From IMG/VR virus record IMGVR_UViG_3300032236_001858: 64,000 nt of DNA. One strand, written 5' to 3'. The translations under genes were made by a program, and so were the position numbers. This document shows positions 9,256 to 19,708 of this stretch, one piece after another. The notes under the pieces were generated by a model, which was not told the origin of the DNA, searched no databases, and worked only from the letters and a program-made list of their open reading frames with translations. This DNA is from a virus. Its lineage: Duplodnaviria; Heunggongvirae; Uroviricota; Caudoviricetes. The first letter of the stretch is position 1. Each line of letters starts with the position of its first letter.

Positions 9256-10665
9256 TTAGCAGTCGTAACAATCTACTGTTCCTCTACCACTACAATTATC
9301 ACATTCTACTGTACCATCTCCGTTACATTCTGGACAATCTGTTTCATTTCCCTCTTCATCTTCAATGTGACCTAATCCTTCACAATTTGAACAATCAACA
9401 CTTCCATCTCCACCACAATCGTCACATTCCATTCTACCCGTTCCGCCGCAAGTATCACAAGGTCTAACATAGTCACCACCTGTATCTTCTAAGAAATAAC
9501 AACCACCAGTATCTTCACTTGAAATAGTTTTTTTACGAGGATTGAAATATTTAAGTGTATCTAAGTAAGGGAAATTATCCATACTAGCATCAGTTAAATT
9601 AACCGTTAAATCTAAATTAACTCTACTTCCATCCGGTGCTACAGCTTGATTACTATCTGAACTATTATTATATTCTTTATAATACCAACCATTTTCTTTA
9701 GCATAATCTCTGAATAATTGAACATCTGAATCATTTACCGTATAAACTCTGTCTAAGAATTCTTTACCATCTCTTAACTTCCAAAGTAAAGCTCTACCAA
9801 CAATTTTTTCAGTATCATCCATTGATTTGTAAATAACTAAACCAACTTCTGGATTAGCAGTGTAAACTTCTAACCAACTATCTGGAGCACCAGCCATACA
9901 AGACGAACCTAAAGTCCCACTTCTTTGATAATAATTTGAGTTATGATACCAGTGAGCAATATCAGAACCCCTAACAACTTCAAAGTAAGAGAATTTATCA
10001 TTCATCTTATCAATAGTAGCTTTATATAAATTTACAAATTGTTCAAAATCTCTATCAGCAAATGTAGTAATACCAGCAGCTCTTAAAAGTGCTCTCATAG
10101 CTCTACCTACTTTTACTTCTTGTCTGTTTGTTGACCAAACTTTTTTAATTCTCTCATCAACAGCTCTTATCTTTTCAACATTATAAACACCTTGACCAAC
10201 ATCATTACCTGATTGGTCTTTGAATTTAACCCAAGCATAAGTTTTACCTGATTGTTCAGATGTTACTCTAGCAATAACCTCACCTAAATCTGTAGATTGT
10301 GGTTTATAAGGCTCAGAGCCTTCTTCAAATGTATAACCTAGTTGAGTAAATAATTTTGCATTTGAATCTTTGTGTTTTAACCAACCACCACCAGAACCGA
10401 TAAATCTAACTACTTCTTTAGTATCACCTAAAATCTCTTGAGCTTTTCTATCAGGAGTAAAAGTAATTGTATCGTTTTTTGTGAACTCAATATCAAGGTA
10501 ATTAGCTTGAACATTGTAGTCATTATTTTCAGCATCTAAAATAGCTTTCGCTACAGGGCTGTCAATCTTAGTCATTGCTTTTCTGAAGTTATCGGAATAA
10601 ACAACATTAGATTCTAGAATAAATTCTAGGTTTTCGTTTATAAAATCTGAATATTTTTTAATCAT
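9256..10665 (-). CDS. hypothetical protein with C-terminal DnaJ-type CxxCxGxG zinc-finger repeats
   Basis: The C-terminal 70 aa hold at least six CxxC(x)GxG units. The N-terminal 400 aa have no recognisable motif. The ORF track extends the start to a TTG at 10671. Confidence 0.55.
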   Translation of the reverse strand: MIKKYSDFINENLEFILESNVVYSDNFRKAMTKIDSPVAKAILDAENNDYNVQANYLDIEFTKNDTITFTPDRKAQEILGDTKEVVRFIGSGGGWLKHKDSNAKLFTQLGYTFEEGSEPYKPQSTDLGEVIARVTSEQSGKTYAWVKFKDQSGNDVGQGVYNVEKIRAVDERIKKVWSTNRQEVKVGRAMRALLRAAGITTFADRDFEQFVNLYKATIDKMNDKFSYFEVVRGSDIAHWYHNSNYYQRSGTLGSSCMAGAPDSWLEVYTANPEVGLVIYKSMDDTEKIVGRALLWKLRDGKEFLDRVYTVNDSDVQLFRDYAKENGWYYKEYNNSSDSNQAVAPDGSRVNLDLTVNLTDASMDNFPYLDTLKYFNPRKKTISSEDTGGCYFLEDTGGDYVRPCDTCGGTGRMECDDCGGDGSVDCSNCEGLGHIEDEEGNETDCPECNGDGTVECDNCSGRGTVDCYDC

Positions 10666-10693
10666 TTTCAACTATGTTATATTTTAAGATATA

Positions 10694-10715
10694 AGTATAT
10701 ATTAAATATATAAAC
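10694..10715. promoter_or_regulatory. TATATATTAA-type promoter-like motif in a divergent intergenic region
   Basis: AGTATATATTAAATATATAAAC lies between the divergent genes at 10665(-) and 10736(+). Confidence 0.35.
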
Positions 10716-10735
10716 TACAAAAAACAATTTTTAAT

Positions 10736-10924
10736 ATGCTAGAAATTAAAGTAGAAGGTGTTGGTATTGAAAAAGCCTTAAAAACACTTAAAAGAAAATT
10801 TGACAAAACTAAAACTCTTAGACAATTAAGAGATAGAAAAGAATTTGTTAAAAAATCAGTTAAAAGAAGAGCTGAAATAAACAAAGCTAAATATGTTCAA
10901 GAAAAGTTTGGTAACAACGATTAA
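10736..10924 (+). CDS. rpsU: ribosomal protein bS21 homologue
   Basis: 62 aa and basic. IKVEG..EKALKTLKRKFDKTKTLRQLRDRKEFVKKSVKRRAE aligns with bacterial S21 (IKVREN...ALRRFKR...R.REFYEKP..RKR). Confidence 0.65.
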   Translation: MLEIKVEGVGIEKALKTLKRKFDKTKTLRQLRDRKEFVKKSVKRRAEINKAKYVQEKFGNND

Positions 10925-11204
10925 GAATTTATTCAGTGATAATCAAAGAACATTTGATTTAGGTAAACTACAAAAGGTTGGTTTTATAAAACCTTTAGAA
11001 GATCTATCTGGTTGTCCTAATTGTAAAAGTAAAAACATATCTTGGAAGTTCTTTATACCAGTAGATGGCTCAAAACCTACACAACCATCTTTATCTATCT
11101 GTAAAGATTGTGGATATCAAGATATAAGAGGTGAATTTGAAAAAACAAACAAATCATTACTTAGAGAAAAGAAAATTAATAAGATATTAGATGGGATTCA
11201 ATAA
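10893..11204 (+). CDS. zinc-ribbon hypothetical protein
   Basis: Two CxxC pairs (CPNCKS ... CKDCGY). Confidence 0.4.
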   Translation: MFKKSLVTTIKNLFSDNQRTFDLGKLQKVGFIKPLEDLSGCPNCKSKNISWKFFIPVDGSKPTQPSLSICKDCGYQDIRGEFEKTNKSLLREKKINKILDGIQ

Positions 11205-11406
11205 GAGATATATTAATAAAGATAGTTTATTATCAGCCGCTTCTAATGGCTTAGATTATTTAATTAACTATGTAGTTAAGCCAGATGCTCTTATTATAGA
11301 GTCAGATGGTATATCACATCAAATTTGTGATATTGTTGGTCTTACAAAGGACAAAAGTGAGATGAAGAAAAAATTAAAAGAAATAGGATTCTATGAATTT
11401 GAATAA
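11191..11406 (+). CDS. hypothetical protein
   Basis: 71-aa ORF. Confidence 0.35.
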   Translation: MGFNKRYINKDSLLSAASNGLDYLINYVVKPDALIIESDGISHQICDIVGLTKDKSEMKKKLKEIGFYEFE

Positions 11407-12103
11407 AAATTATTATGCTATTCTTGGAGTTGATAATAACTCTGATGAAAAGACTATTAAAAAAGCTTATTATAAATTATCATTTACACATCACCCTGAT
11501 AAGAATGGCGATCCTATAGTTTTTGGTGAAATGACCGAGGCATATGATGTTCTTTGTTCTGATAAAAGAAAAGATTATGATGTTAAAAGTAGATTTGGTA
11601 ACAACTATAACGAATATTTTGAGTTATTTGATATTAAAATAGACTTTGACTATACTAAGGAAAAATCTAACTATGAAAAATTTAAGAAAAATGAGGTATT
11701 GGATATCTATATTAACATAGATGAGACTTTTGATGGCACCTTAGAATATGAAAGATGGGTTAAATGTAAAACTTGTGATGGTACTGGTAAGGATCTTTCC
11801 GCTAAAATTGTTATTAAAGACAATGATGGTAATATTATAAAAACTTTTGACGCTGATGATGGTTGTGATTTCTGTGAAGGTTCTGGTAAAGACTATAAAG
11901 GAGATGATTGTAATTTCTGTCAGGGTAAGGGTAAAGTAGGTTTAACACCTTGTAAAAAATGTAATGGAGAAAAAAGAATTTTAGGAAAGCAAAAGTTATC
12001 TGGTATTAAATTAACCGGAGATGAAACTAAAATAGAATCCATGGGTAATTGCTCTAAAGATATAGCTGGTATGGTTGGTTATCTTTTATTAAAAAAGAGT
12101 TAA
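11393..12103 (+). CDS. DnaJ-like co-chaperone (J domain plus CxxCxGxG zinc-finger domain)
   Basis: YYAILGV...HHPDKN is a J domain with the HPD motif. Four CxxCxGxG repeats follow. The stop overlaps the stop of the convergent gene. Confidence 0.75.
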   Translation: MNLNKNYYAILGVDNNSDEKTIKKAYYKLSFTHHPDKNGDPIVFGEMTEAYDVLCSDKRKDYDVKSRFGNNYNEYFELFDIKIDFDYTKEKSNYEKFKKNEVLDIYINIDETFDGTLEYERWVKCKTCDGTGKDLSAKIVIKDNDGNIIKTFDADDGCDFCEGSGKDYKGDDCNFCQGKGKVGLTPCKKCNGEKRILGKQKLSGIKLTGDETKIESMGNCSKDIAGMVGYLLLKKS

Positions 12104-15100
12104 AATCCTGAAGAAATTGGTCCAGTTGGAACAGAAATTGGAGTAGTATATATAGTAGTACCACCTGTTGGTGCAGAGCCAATACCAGCTCCAACCCCAC
12201 TAACTACTGTATTAGAATTTTGAGTATTAATACTATCTAATCCAATTGATATATTATCAATAAAATTAAAATTAGCATTTGAATAATCAATAAAAGGTGA
12301 TATCCCTTGGAACGGAATTTGAATACCTTGATTTATATTATCATCAGTAAAATATTGAAAGAAAGGTATCATATCTACTTCATAAAAATGTAAATTATCA
12401 ATTACATATTCCGCTGTATCTGTCAATGCTGGTGATATACCATAAAAGTGCATAGCTAAATTTCTCTTATTATAGAAATATTCTGTTTTCTTCTTTTTTG
12501 GTGTAGTTATATGATTTACATTTTGATACACCGGTAAATATGTAGCATTAACCGTCACTGATGCTGTTGAACCGTATACCGCAGATGAGAGACTAGCACT
12601 TCTATTAACATAGTTTAAATTATTAAAGTGTATAGGTGGTTCCGGTAACAAAGCATTTAATCCAATCAATTTATATGAATAAGGCGAATGTTTAAGTACG
12701 GTAAAAGCATATTTACCACTACCAACCACATCATATCTATATTGACTAATATTATTTGAATAAGTAACTAAATCAAAATCAATTTTAGTATATCTAAATC
12801 TTTGAACATCTTCATATATTTTATTCTCTACAAAAATATCACTAAATGGTGTTATGTCTAATATACCACCATTTCCAATTGATTGTACTTTTAACTCCTC
12901 ACCTATTATTGAGTTAATTCCTATATCCTCAGTTCTTGAGAATGTTAGTGATGAGTCATCCCATCTTGAGAATGTCCAGCCATATTTTACAAAAGTTGAT
13001 TCACTACTTGAACTATATGTTCCGTAGTTTGATGCCCAAGAATCTGTGAAATTACCAGAGTCACCAATAAAGTCACCAAATATTTTGTATTTTGTTCCTA
13101 ATCGGTACTTTCTAACAGTTTTTGAAAAACTATCTCTAAATGTTGAATTACTTTCAAGAACATCATTTGTTATATAACCATATAAGTTATTTTCAGAATA
13201 TGTTCTATTTGATAAATAATTTGTTAATGTTTGTGGTTTACCTATATTAGAAGCATATGAACTATTATATGTAACATCTATCCAAGAATTATAAATAAAA
13301 ACCGCATTACTTTCTAATGAGCTATTTGATGTTACACTTGATATATTGTTAGATCTAAAATCCACTCTTTGTAAAAGACCTTTAGATTTATCTATTGTTA
13401 TTTTTCCAGTTTCTGGTAAAAGATCATTACCATAATCAACATCTATAACTACTTGATAGTTATTAACCACTGATGTAACATAGTGATCCCCATCATATTG
13501 AGGATTTACTAGTTTATTATCTTTATTTACTGTTATTAAATCACCAACCACTAAGCCATGTGGCGATGAGAATGTTAGTCCTAAACTACCAGACTGATAT
13601 AATGTTCCAGAGAAATTAGGAACTGTATATAGTGTTGTATTAAAGTGACCACCATCAAATATACCATCTATCCAATGAGAGTCATACATCTCTGTAATTA
13701 AAGGGTAACCCTTAAATAAACCATAGTTCCAAATTCCGGTAAAGTAACCGTTCAGGAATCCACCAGATAACCAAACATTTTTAGTTACATAAATTCTATG
13801 ATTGTCCGAATCTTTCTCAATTCTTCTAATAGGGAAGTTATTATCAAACTCAACAACAATTGTAGTATCTGTTTTATTAATAATTGTATAATATCCTTTC
13901 AACAATTTTCTTTCCTCATTTATATCAATTGCAACAATATTACCTATTGACACATTGTCACCAATATTAAAATTAGCAACTGAAGATGTCGGACCAGATA
14001 TTTGAACTCTCCATCTCTTATCTTTATTATAACCAAAAAACTGATAAATATTATAGAAGGTGTGCATTTGATTATCAACTCTCCAACCACTATTCCAAAC
14101 ACCATTTTCCCATATACCTGCTTTGAAAGTACCGTTTCCTATTTTTGCATATATCTTACTAATACCTGGATTAATAAGAGAGGATGTCGCATTAACTGTA
14201 TTACCAGCTCCAACAAAAGTTGTATATGTCGCACCAGTTAAGCCAGTTATTGTTGAATATGTTACATAATTAGACATAACATATTGTCTATTATTACCTG
14301 GATGATAACCACCTTCAATTCTAAGATTTCTTAAATATACTGATGAGTATGTTGTTCCTGATGCAGATGCACCCACAAATGGACCAACAATATATAAGTA
14401 TTGATTTCCTCTTAGACTATAAAAAGACTCAGGTATATAATAGTTATATGATGAATATGTTCCTGAAAAACTTTGTGTCAAAGAAGCTATTAATACCGCA
14501 TCAGATGGAGGTGTAAATGTATTAGTTACTATAGTTGCCCAATCAGAAGCAGCATTACTAGGTTGTGTATAAGATGTGTATATTTTTAATGGAAAATTAC
14601 TTATGTTTTGATAATCAAAGTACAAATTAAAATAAGAATAAGGAATAAATTTTATTAAAAAGTTATTTAATCTATACCCTACACTTTGCCCTTTACTATT
14701 GTTCTGACCACCAACTGGTAGATAACCAGCAGATGTTGCATCTGATATTAAAGATGGTGAACCAGTAACTCTATCATACCAGTTATAAACATCAGCCGAC
14801 TTATCATAATACCAACCAAGTGAGTTTGATGTAATTGGTTGTAATTCACTACCGGTTACTTTATAATAAGAAAATCCTTGTAAACCAAAATCTATTTCAT
14901 TTACTGAAATATCTGTTATACCTGGTAAATGTGATGCCGTATTACCGAAATCACCATTAGCCTTATAAGTAACTTGTGCAGTTGAACTTACAGGTGATGT
15001 TGGTGTTGAGTAGTGGAAAAAACTTTGAGTAGTAGAAGGTGCTGTAGAAGAAGCAGTCAAACCATTAGAATAGTTTAACTGATCTGTCCAAGACCCAGGA

Positions 15101-15324
15101 CTAACCGAAAATGAGCCATGTGCTGAATATAAATTCCAAGTATGTGTTACAAATTGATATGTCTTTTTAGTACTATATGAATAATTAGTACCATAGTGTG
15201 TAATTGGATAAATTGATGATACTGCCGCTGCTCCTATTGCTGAAGTATTTACTTGCATTCTGCCTGGAGCAGGTGATGCTGAGTAAATCCAATAATTATA
15301 ACCTGTTGGTATTGGTGCTGGCAT
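12100..15324 (-). CDS. large tail-fibre / baseplate structural protein
   Basis: 1074 aa, rich in Ser/Thr/Asn/Gly/Tyr. A promoter-like motif in gene orientation (TTAATATATAAAAT) lies 15-30 nt upstream. Confidence 0.6.
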   Translation of the reverse strand: MPAPIPTGYNYWIYSASPAPGRMQVNTSAIGAAAVSSIYPITHYGTNYSYSTKKTYQFVTHTWNLYSAHGSFSVSPGSWTDQLNYSNGLTASSTAPSTTQSFFHYSTPTSPVSSTAQVTYKANGDFGNTASHLPGITDISVNEIDFGLQGFSYYKVTGSELQPITSNSLGWYYDKSADVYNWYDRVTGSPSLISDATSAGYLPVGGQNNSKGQSVGYRLNNFLIKFIPYSYFNLYFDYQNISNFPLKIYTSYTQPSNAASDWATIVTNTFTPPSDAVLIASLTQSFSGTYSSYNYYIPESFYSLRGNQYLYIVGPFVGASASGTTYSSVYLRNLRIEGGYHPGNNRQYVMSNYVTYSTITGLTGATYTTFVGAGNTVNATSSLINPGISKIYAKIGNGTFKAGIWENGVWNSGWRVDNQMHTFYNIYQFFGYNKDKRWRVQISGPTSSVANFNIGDNVSIGNIVAIDINEERKLLKGYYTIINKTDTTIVVEFDNNFPIRRIEKDSDNHRIYVTKNVWLSGGFLNGYFTGIWNYGLFKGYPLITEMYDSHWIDGIFDGGHFNTTLYTVPNFSGTLYQSGSLGLTFSSPHGLVVGDLITVNKDNKLVNPQYDGDHYVTSVVNNYQVVIDVDYGNDLLPETGKITIDKSKGLLQRVDFRSNNISSVTSNSSLESNAVFIYNSWIDVTYNSSYASNIGKPQTLTNYLSNRTYSENNLYGYITNDVLESNSTFRDSFSKTVRKYRLGTKYKIFGDFIGDSGNFTDSWASNYGTYSSSSESTFVKYGWTFSRWDDSSLTFSRTEDIGINSIIGEELKVQSIGNGGILDITPFSDIFVENKIYEDVQRFRYTKIDFDLVTYSNNISQYRYDVVGSGKYAFTVLKHSPYSYKLIGLNALLPEPPIHFNNLNYVNRSASLSSAVYGSTASVTVNATYLPVYQNVNHITTPKKKKTEYFYNKRNLAMHFYGISPALTDTAEYVIDNLHFYEVDMIPFFQYFTDDNINQGIQIPFQGISPFIDYSNANFNFIDNISIGLDSINTQNSNTVVSGVGAGIGSAPTGGTTIYTTPISVPTGPISSGF

Positions 15325-15337
15325 ATTTAATTTTTTA

Positions 15338-15353
15338 TTTTATATATTAATTT
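15338..15353 (-). promoter_or_regulatory. putative late promoter (TTAATATATA motif)
   Basis: In gene orientation, AAATTAATATATAAAAT ends about 15 nt before the ATG at 15324. Confidence 0.4.
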
Positions 15354-15368
15354 TTTTAATATAGCTTG

Positions 15369-18300
15369 TTAGAAAGGCGTAAGTAATACCAAGTCATTAG
15401 AATTTCCAAAAACCCAACCACTACTTGTAGAAGCAGTTGCGTTTACTATTGATACTTCCTGACCACTTGAATCTAAGAATATATTCCAAACATGGCAAGA
15501 TGAAGTGCCACTCCAAGACATACCTCTGTGTAATATCTGTAAAACATAGTCATTTGTTACAGAGCCATTAAATTCAAACGATGAACCATACCAGTTACCA
15601 TTTCTCCAATCACCATTTTCCCAGAAGATATTAAAAGCATTCATATAGTTTGCTGTACCATTCTTCCAAATCATACCAGATGCGGTTCCTATATTAAAAG
15701 TACCATTTCTCCATTGTGATATGTAAAACTCACTCTGGTCTAAATAACCATTCTCCCAATAGCAAGTACTATCATTTAGATTAAATGATGATTGAGTTGA
15801 TCCATTTCTTTTAACATAAGGATTAAATGAACTTCCAATGAATTTACCTTTTTCAAAAGCACCATCTAACCAAACCGACCCATTCATTTCACCATTTGGG
15901 TGACTAAACGTACCAGATAACCATAAGCTATTTTTAAATTTAGCTGTTTTAGGCGGCTTATTACTTAATTCTAAGTTTATTGCTCTAACCGGTGTTGTGT
16001 AGAATTTTTGATCTTTAATGAATCTATCTTTTGTATTAGTAAATATACCATTTCTCCAAAGACCCCAATATGATTGACTATATGAATCAACAAAAGCACT
16101 AGCGTTTGAACAAGTTAGACCAGATACTGGACTACTTGTACCACTACCTTGTAATTCACCATAAGAGAAAACACCATTGTTCCAAACTCTACCCTTAAAT
16201 ATACCACCATCAAATTCACCAGTGAACCAAGTTGAATTAGTTAATCCATTTGCATTACCAAATTCACCACCATTAAATGTACCACTTTCCCAACCATAAT
16301 CAGATTGAGTAGCAGAACTACTTTGAGTCCAACCATATGCTGATAGAAACTTGCCACCATTGAAAGTACCATTTTTCCATCTACCCATACTTATAAATTG
16401 ACCTCCGTTAAATGAACCATTGTACCAAATTGCGGAATTTTTAGCTGTTTGTGATATATTAGAACCAAAAACACCATTATTAAACACACCGTTTAACCAG
16501 TTTATATTTTGATTTATATTACCACTATAACTTGTATCAGATGCGTATAAAGTAGCATTATCAACAGTTGTATAACTTACTGTACCGTTATAGATTCTAG
16601 TATCGGTTGTAGATACTTGATTACTTCCTATAACACCACCAATAATATTACCGTTGTAAAAATTAGAATAGTAAAATCTACCACCTGAGAAAGTACCACT
16701 TTCCCAATCGCCTTTATAAAAATCACCGTTTATGAAAATACCATCTTGCCATGAATTTCTATTATTAGGTAATGTACCACTCTTATAATAAGAGTTTATA
16801 TTTTCTGAATAATAATAAGGATTTGAAGTAGTAGCATAACCATTAAATGTTTTTGAGTTATAAAACCAACCATTTAAGAATGTACCATTTACCCATCTTG
16901 AATCTCTAATAACACCATTACTGAATGTACCATTTATCCATATTGAGTTTTGTATAATACCACTATTCCAAATATCTGAACCATTATTTAAGAAGAACGA
17001 GTTTTCATAAGTTGCATTCGATAGTATATTTCCATTATTTGAAAATATAGAATCTGAAACTACCAAACCTCTAATATTATCTAAGTTGGATAAGTCCTTG
17101 TCTAAATAATTCAAATCTAAATTTTGTATTAATGAACCGTTTATATAAGATCTTCTTAAAAATCCAGATTTAATATTTGATTTATCTATTTTTAGTTTTT
17201 TAATATGACCATATCTATTTTGAGCACCATTTGTATAAAAATAACCATTTGAAGCTGATAAGCTAATCAACTGACTAACAGTTCCTATTTCTTTTAATTG
17301 ATAAACACCACTTGTATTTGAAACAACTTTATAAGTATCTGGTATTCTTGATACAGAACCATAATTAAAATCAACTGAGTCTAAGAATACAATATCTCCT
17401 ACACTTATTAAATTAGATTCATAATTAGCTGAATCATATGATGTAGTAGCCACAATATAATTTGAGCTATTAATTGATAAGTTATAAGTGCCTCCTGATA
17501 TTGATGGTATTGTTATATTATTATCATTATTTGATTCTATATGAGACCCGCTATTCCAGTCAGAATTTTCAATTAAACCACTATCAAAATCAGAGTCAAC
17601 AATGTAAGCAGATGTTACATCAATTACATTTCCTATAGTATTAGGACCTTGTAAAGTAGTAGCATCATAAACCGATGTATCGGTGTTAAAGTTTAAGTTT
17701 TCACTTGTTATATTATCATTTATATCAAATCTACTAACCCATAAATCAATTGAGTAGTAACTACTATTCGGATTAACAACATAGTTTATTGTTTGATATT
17801 TAATACCTGAGTATGAAAATGTAGCACTCGTAAACTTATAAGAATTATCTAATGGAGTTGATAAAAAGGCTGAATATTGATAGCCTCTTTTACCACTTGC
17901 TGTTAATCCAGCATACTCTTCTGTATATTCTACCCAAGATCCTATTTTAAACTTTTTATCAAAATAGTTAATTACATTTTTGGTTTTATCATTTATTCTA
18001 AGACCTTTTATGTAAAAAACATCACCTAACTGAAGTCTCTCATATCCATTTTTGTCTATGTAAAATTTATAGACCTTCTGTACAACATCATTTACATTAC
18101 TATATGTTTGACCAACAATACTAGGATGTTCTGAGGCTGTTAATTCATCATAAGCAAATATTTTAATGATATTATCACTATTATAACTTGAGTTCTTTAA
18201 AACAGATTTTGTAAAGTAAGAATTTATTGATTTTGTTTGTTCAAATTTAGAGTTATTAGCTACCGTGTTTTTTAATTCAACATTAATTAAATGAGAGTTA

Positions 18301-19661
18301 TTAAATTCACAATTATTAAAAAATGCTTGTTTAACAATATTTGAAAAAGGCGAATCATATCCTAATAATTCATTTTCTACTATTGAGTATGTAGCGGATT
18401 GTGTACCAAATGTTGTTGTATAAATAGAACCATTAGCAATCGTTGACTGATTCATATTAGAATTTACTACAAAGTTATAACCTCTACCTGCGTTGTTAGG
18501 TGAGTTAGCTTTTTGATAAGGTAAACCATAACTATCAAAGCTAGCAAAATAACTTTGAGATGCTGTATATAGCGAATTTAAAGTACCTTTTTTCCAATTA
18601 GTATTAATAAGTGTTCCTATATTCCAAACAGAACCATTACCATCCCAGTTTATTTTGTTATAATATTGGCCAAATATACCAGAATTCCATTTACCGTTAA
18701 AAACACCTCCTCTAAAGTTACTTTTACTTAAATATGGTGGAAAATAAGTTACATCAACAATCCAACTTGATTGTGTTGGTCCAATATTCCACTTATAAAT
18801 AAATCCTTCTTTGTAATCTACTCCATTATATGTGAAGTCACCATTCATTATTTTTATTCTATTAGTAATAGAAGCGGTTGCATATGAATAAGAGCCTGTT
18901 GTTGTAAAATCTGATGTAATATTTGTCCAACTTGCTGTTGAGCTTCTAACATAAAATCCAGTACCAGAAACACCACTATTTTTACCCCAGTTTTGAGTAG
19001 TTACATAAATGTTATCAACATATATAATATTATTTTGATAATAACTAAACTTATTGTCAAAGTAACCACTTTTTGTTGTTATAGACCTATTGGCATGTAA
19101 AAACTCAGAATTGTTTCTTATGTAGTATATTTTAATAAAATCATCATCAGTATGTGATAAATAAGGTAAAACTCCTTTATAATCTATATCTAGTGTAACC
19201 TTACATTTATCTATAGCTAATACTTTATAACCATCTCTTCCTTTTTTATACTTATTCTTTTGAATTAGTAAATCACTATCATAAGTACCATTTAGTATAA
19301 ATACTTTATCACCTACTTTTAATTCTGAGTTAACCTCTGTATAAAAAGTTGTTTTATATGTGCCGTCGTTATTATCATAAGGTTCTACCCAATTTAATAA
19401 TTTAGGACTAAATGTTTTATTTGAGTTTGAAATAAGACCTGCTAGTGGGTCATAGCCTACAAGATTAATATTATTACCAAGATTATTAAGTTCAGCCTTT
19501 GTTATTAATTGAGGTTTTGAAGATATTACATTAGCAACGGTGTTAATACTTGAGTTTGTTAAAGTAGGAACATTACTAGTAGAATAATTAACACTTATAG
19601 GATCTGCTGGAATATCAAATATTTTTTTTCTAATATTTGGATCTACTGAATATGTTGCCAT
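15369..19661 (-). CDS. giant tail-fibre-like protein with tandem W-x-N-G-x-F beta-helix-type repeats
   Basis: 1430 aa with dozens of degenerate repeats such as WNSGIF, WVNGTFLNGWF and WYNGSFNGGQF. There is an A8 tract near the 5' end. Confidence 0.6.
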   Translation of the reverse strand: MATYSVDPNIRKKIFDIPADPISVNYSTSNVPTLTNSSINTVANVISSKPQLITKAELNNLGNNINLVGYDPLAGLISNSNKTFSPKLLNWVEPYDNNDGTYKTTFYTEVNSELKVGDKVFILNGTYDSDLLIQKNKYKKGRDGYKVLAIDKCKVTLDIDYKGVLPYLSHTDDDFIKIYYIRNNSEFLHANRSITTKSGYFDNKFSYYQNNIIYVDNIYVTTQNWGKNSGVSGTGFYVRSSTASWTNITSDFTTTGSYSYATASITNRIKIMNGDFTYNGVDYKEGFIYKWNIGPTQSSWIVDVTYFPPYLSKSNFRGGVFNGKWNSGIFGQYYNKINWDGNGSVWNIGTLINTNWKKGTLNSLYTASQSYFASFDSYGLPYQKANSPNNAGRGYNFVVNSNMNQSTIANGSIYTTTFGTQSATYSIVENELLGYDSPFSNIVKQAFFNNCEFNNSHLINVELKNTVANNSKFEQTKSINSYFTKSVLKNSSYNSDNIIKIFAYDELTASEHPSIVGQTYSNVNDVVQKVYKFYIDKNGYERLQLGDVFYIKGLRINDKTKNVINYFDKKFKIGSWVEYTEEYAGLTASGKRGYQYSAFLSTPLDNSYKFTSATFSYSGIKYQTINYVVNPNSSYYSIDLWVSRFDINDNITSENLNFNTDTSVYDATTLQGPNTIGNVIDVTSAYIVDSDFDSGLIENSDWNSGSHIESNNDNNITIPSISGGTYNLSINSSNYIVATTSYDSANYESNLISVGDIVFLDSVDFNYGSVSRIPDTYKVVSNTSGVYQLKEIGTVSQLISLSASNGYFYTNGAQNRYGHIKKLKIDKSNIKSGFLRRSYINGSLIQNLDLNYLDKDLSNLDNIRGLVVSDSIFSNNGNILSNATYENSFFLNNGSDIWNSGIIQNSIWINGTFSNGVIRDSRWVNGTFLNGWFYNSKTFNGYATTSNPYYYSENINSYYKSGTLPNNRNSWQDGIFINGDFYKGDWESGTFSGGRFYYSNFYNGNIIGGVIGSNQVSTTDTRIYNGTVSYTTVDNATLYASDTSYSGNINQNINWLNGVFNNGVFGSNISQTAKNSAIWYNGSFNGGQFISMGRWKNGTFNGGKFLSAYGWTQSSSATQSDYGWESGTFNGGEFGNANGLTNSTWFTGEFDGGIFKGRVWNNGVFSYGELQGSGTSSPVSGLTCSNASAFVDSYSQSYWGLWRNGIFTNTKDRFIKDQKFYTTPVRAINLELSNKPPKTAKFKNSLWLSGTFSHPNGEMNGSVWLDGAFEKGKFIGSSFNPYVKRNGSTQSSFNLNDSTCYWENGYLDQSEFYISQWRNGTFNIGTASGMIWKNGTANYMNAFNIFWENGDWRNGNWYGSSFEFNGSVTNDYVLQILHRGMSWSGTSSCHVWNIFLDSSGQEVSIVNATASTSSGWVFGNSNDLVLLTPF

Positions 19662-19681
19662 CTATTTAACAAAAGAATTTT

Positions 19682-19696
19682 ATGTATATATTATTT
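19682..19696 (-). promoter_or_regulatory. putative late promoter (TAATATATACAT)
   Basis: In gene orientation, AAATAATATATACATAAAAT lies about 20-35 nt upstream of the ATG at 19661. Confidence 0.4.
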
Positions 19697-19708
19697 ATTA
19701 AGACTTTC

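Noticed and set aside
10702-10884. 60-aa minus-strand ORF overlapping the S21 gene
   Set aside because: It is antisense to a well-supported rpsU homologue and has a hydrophobic low-complexity product.
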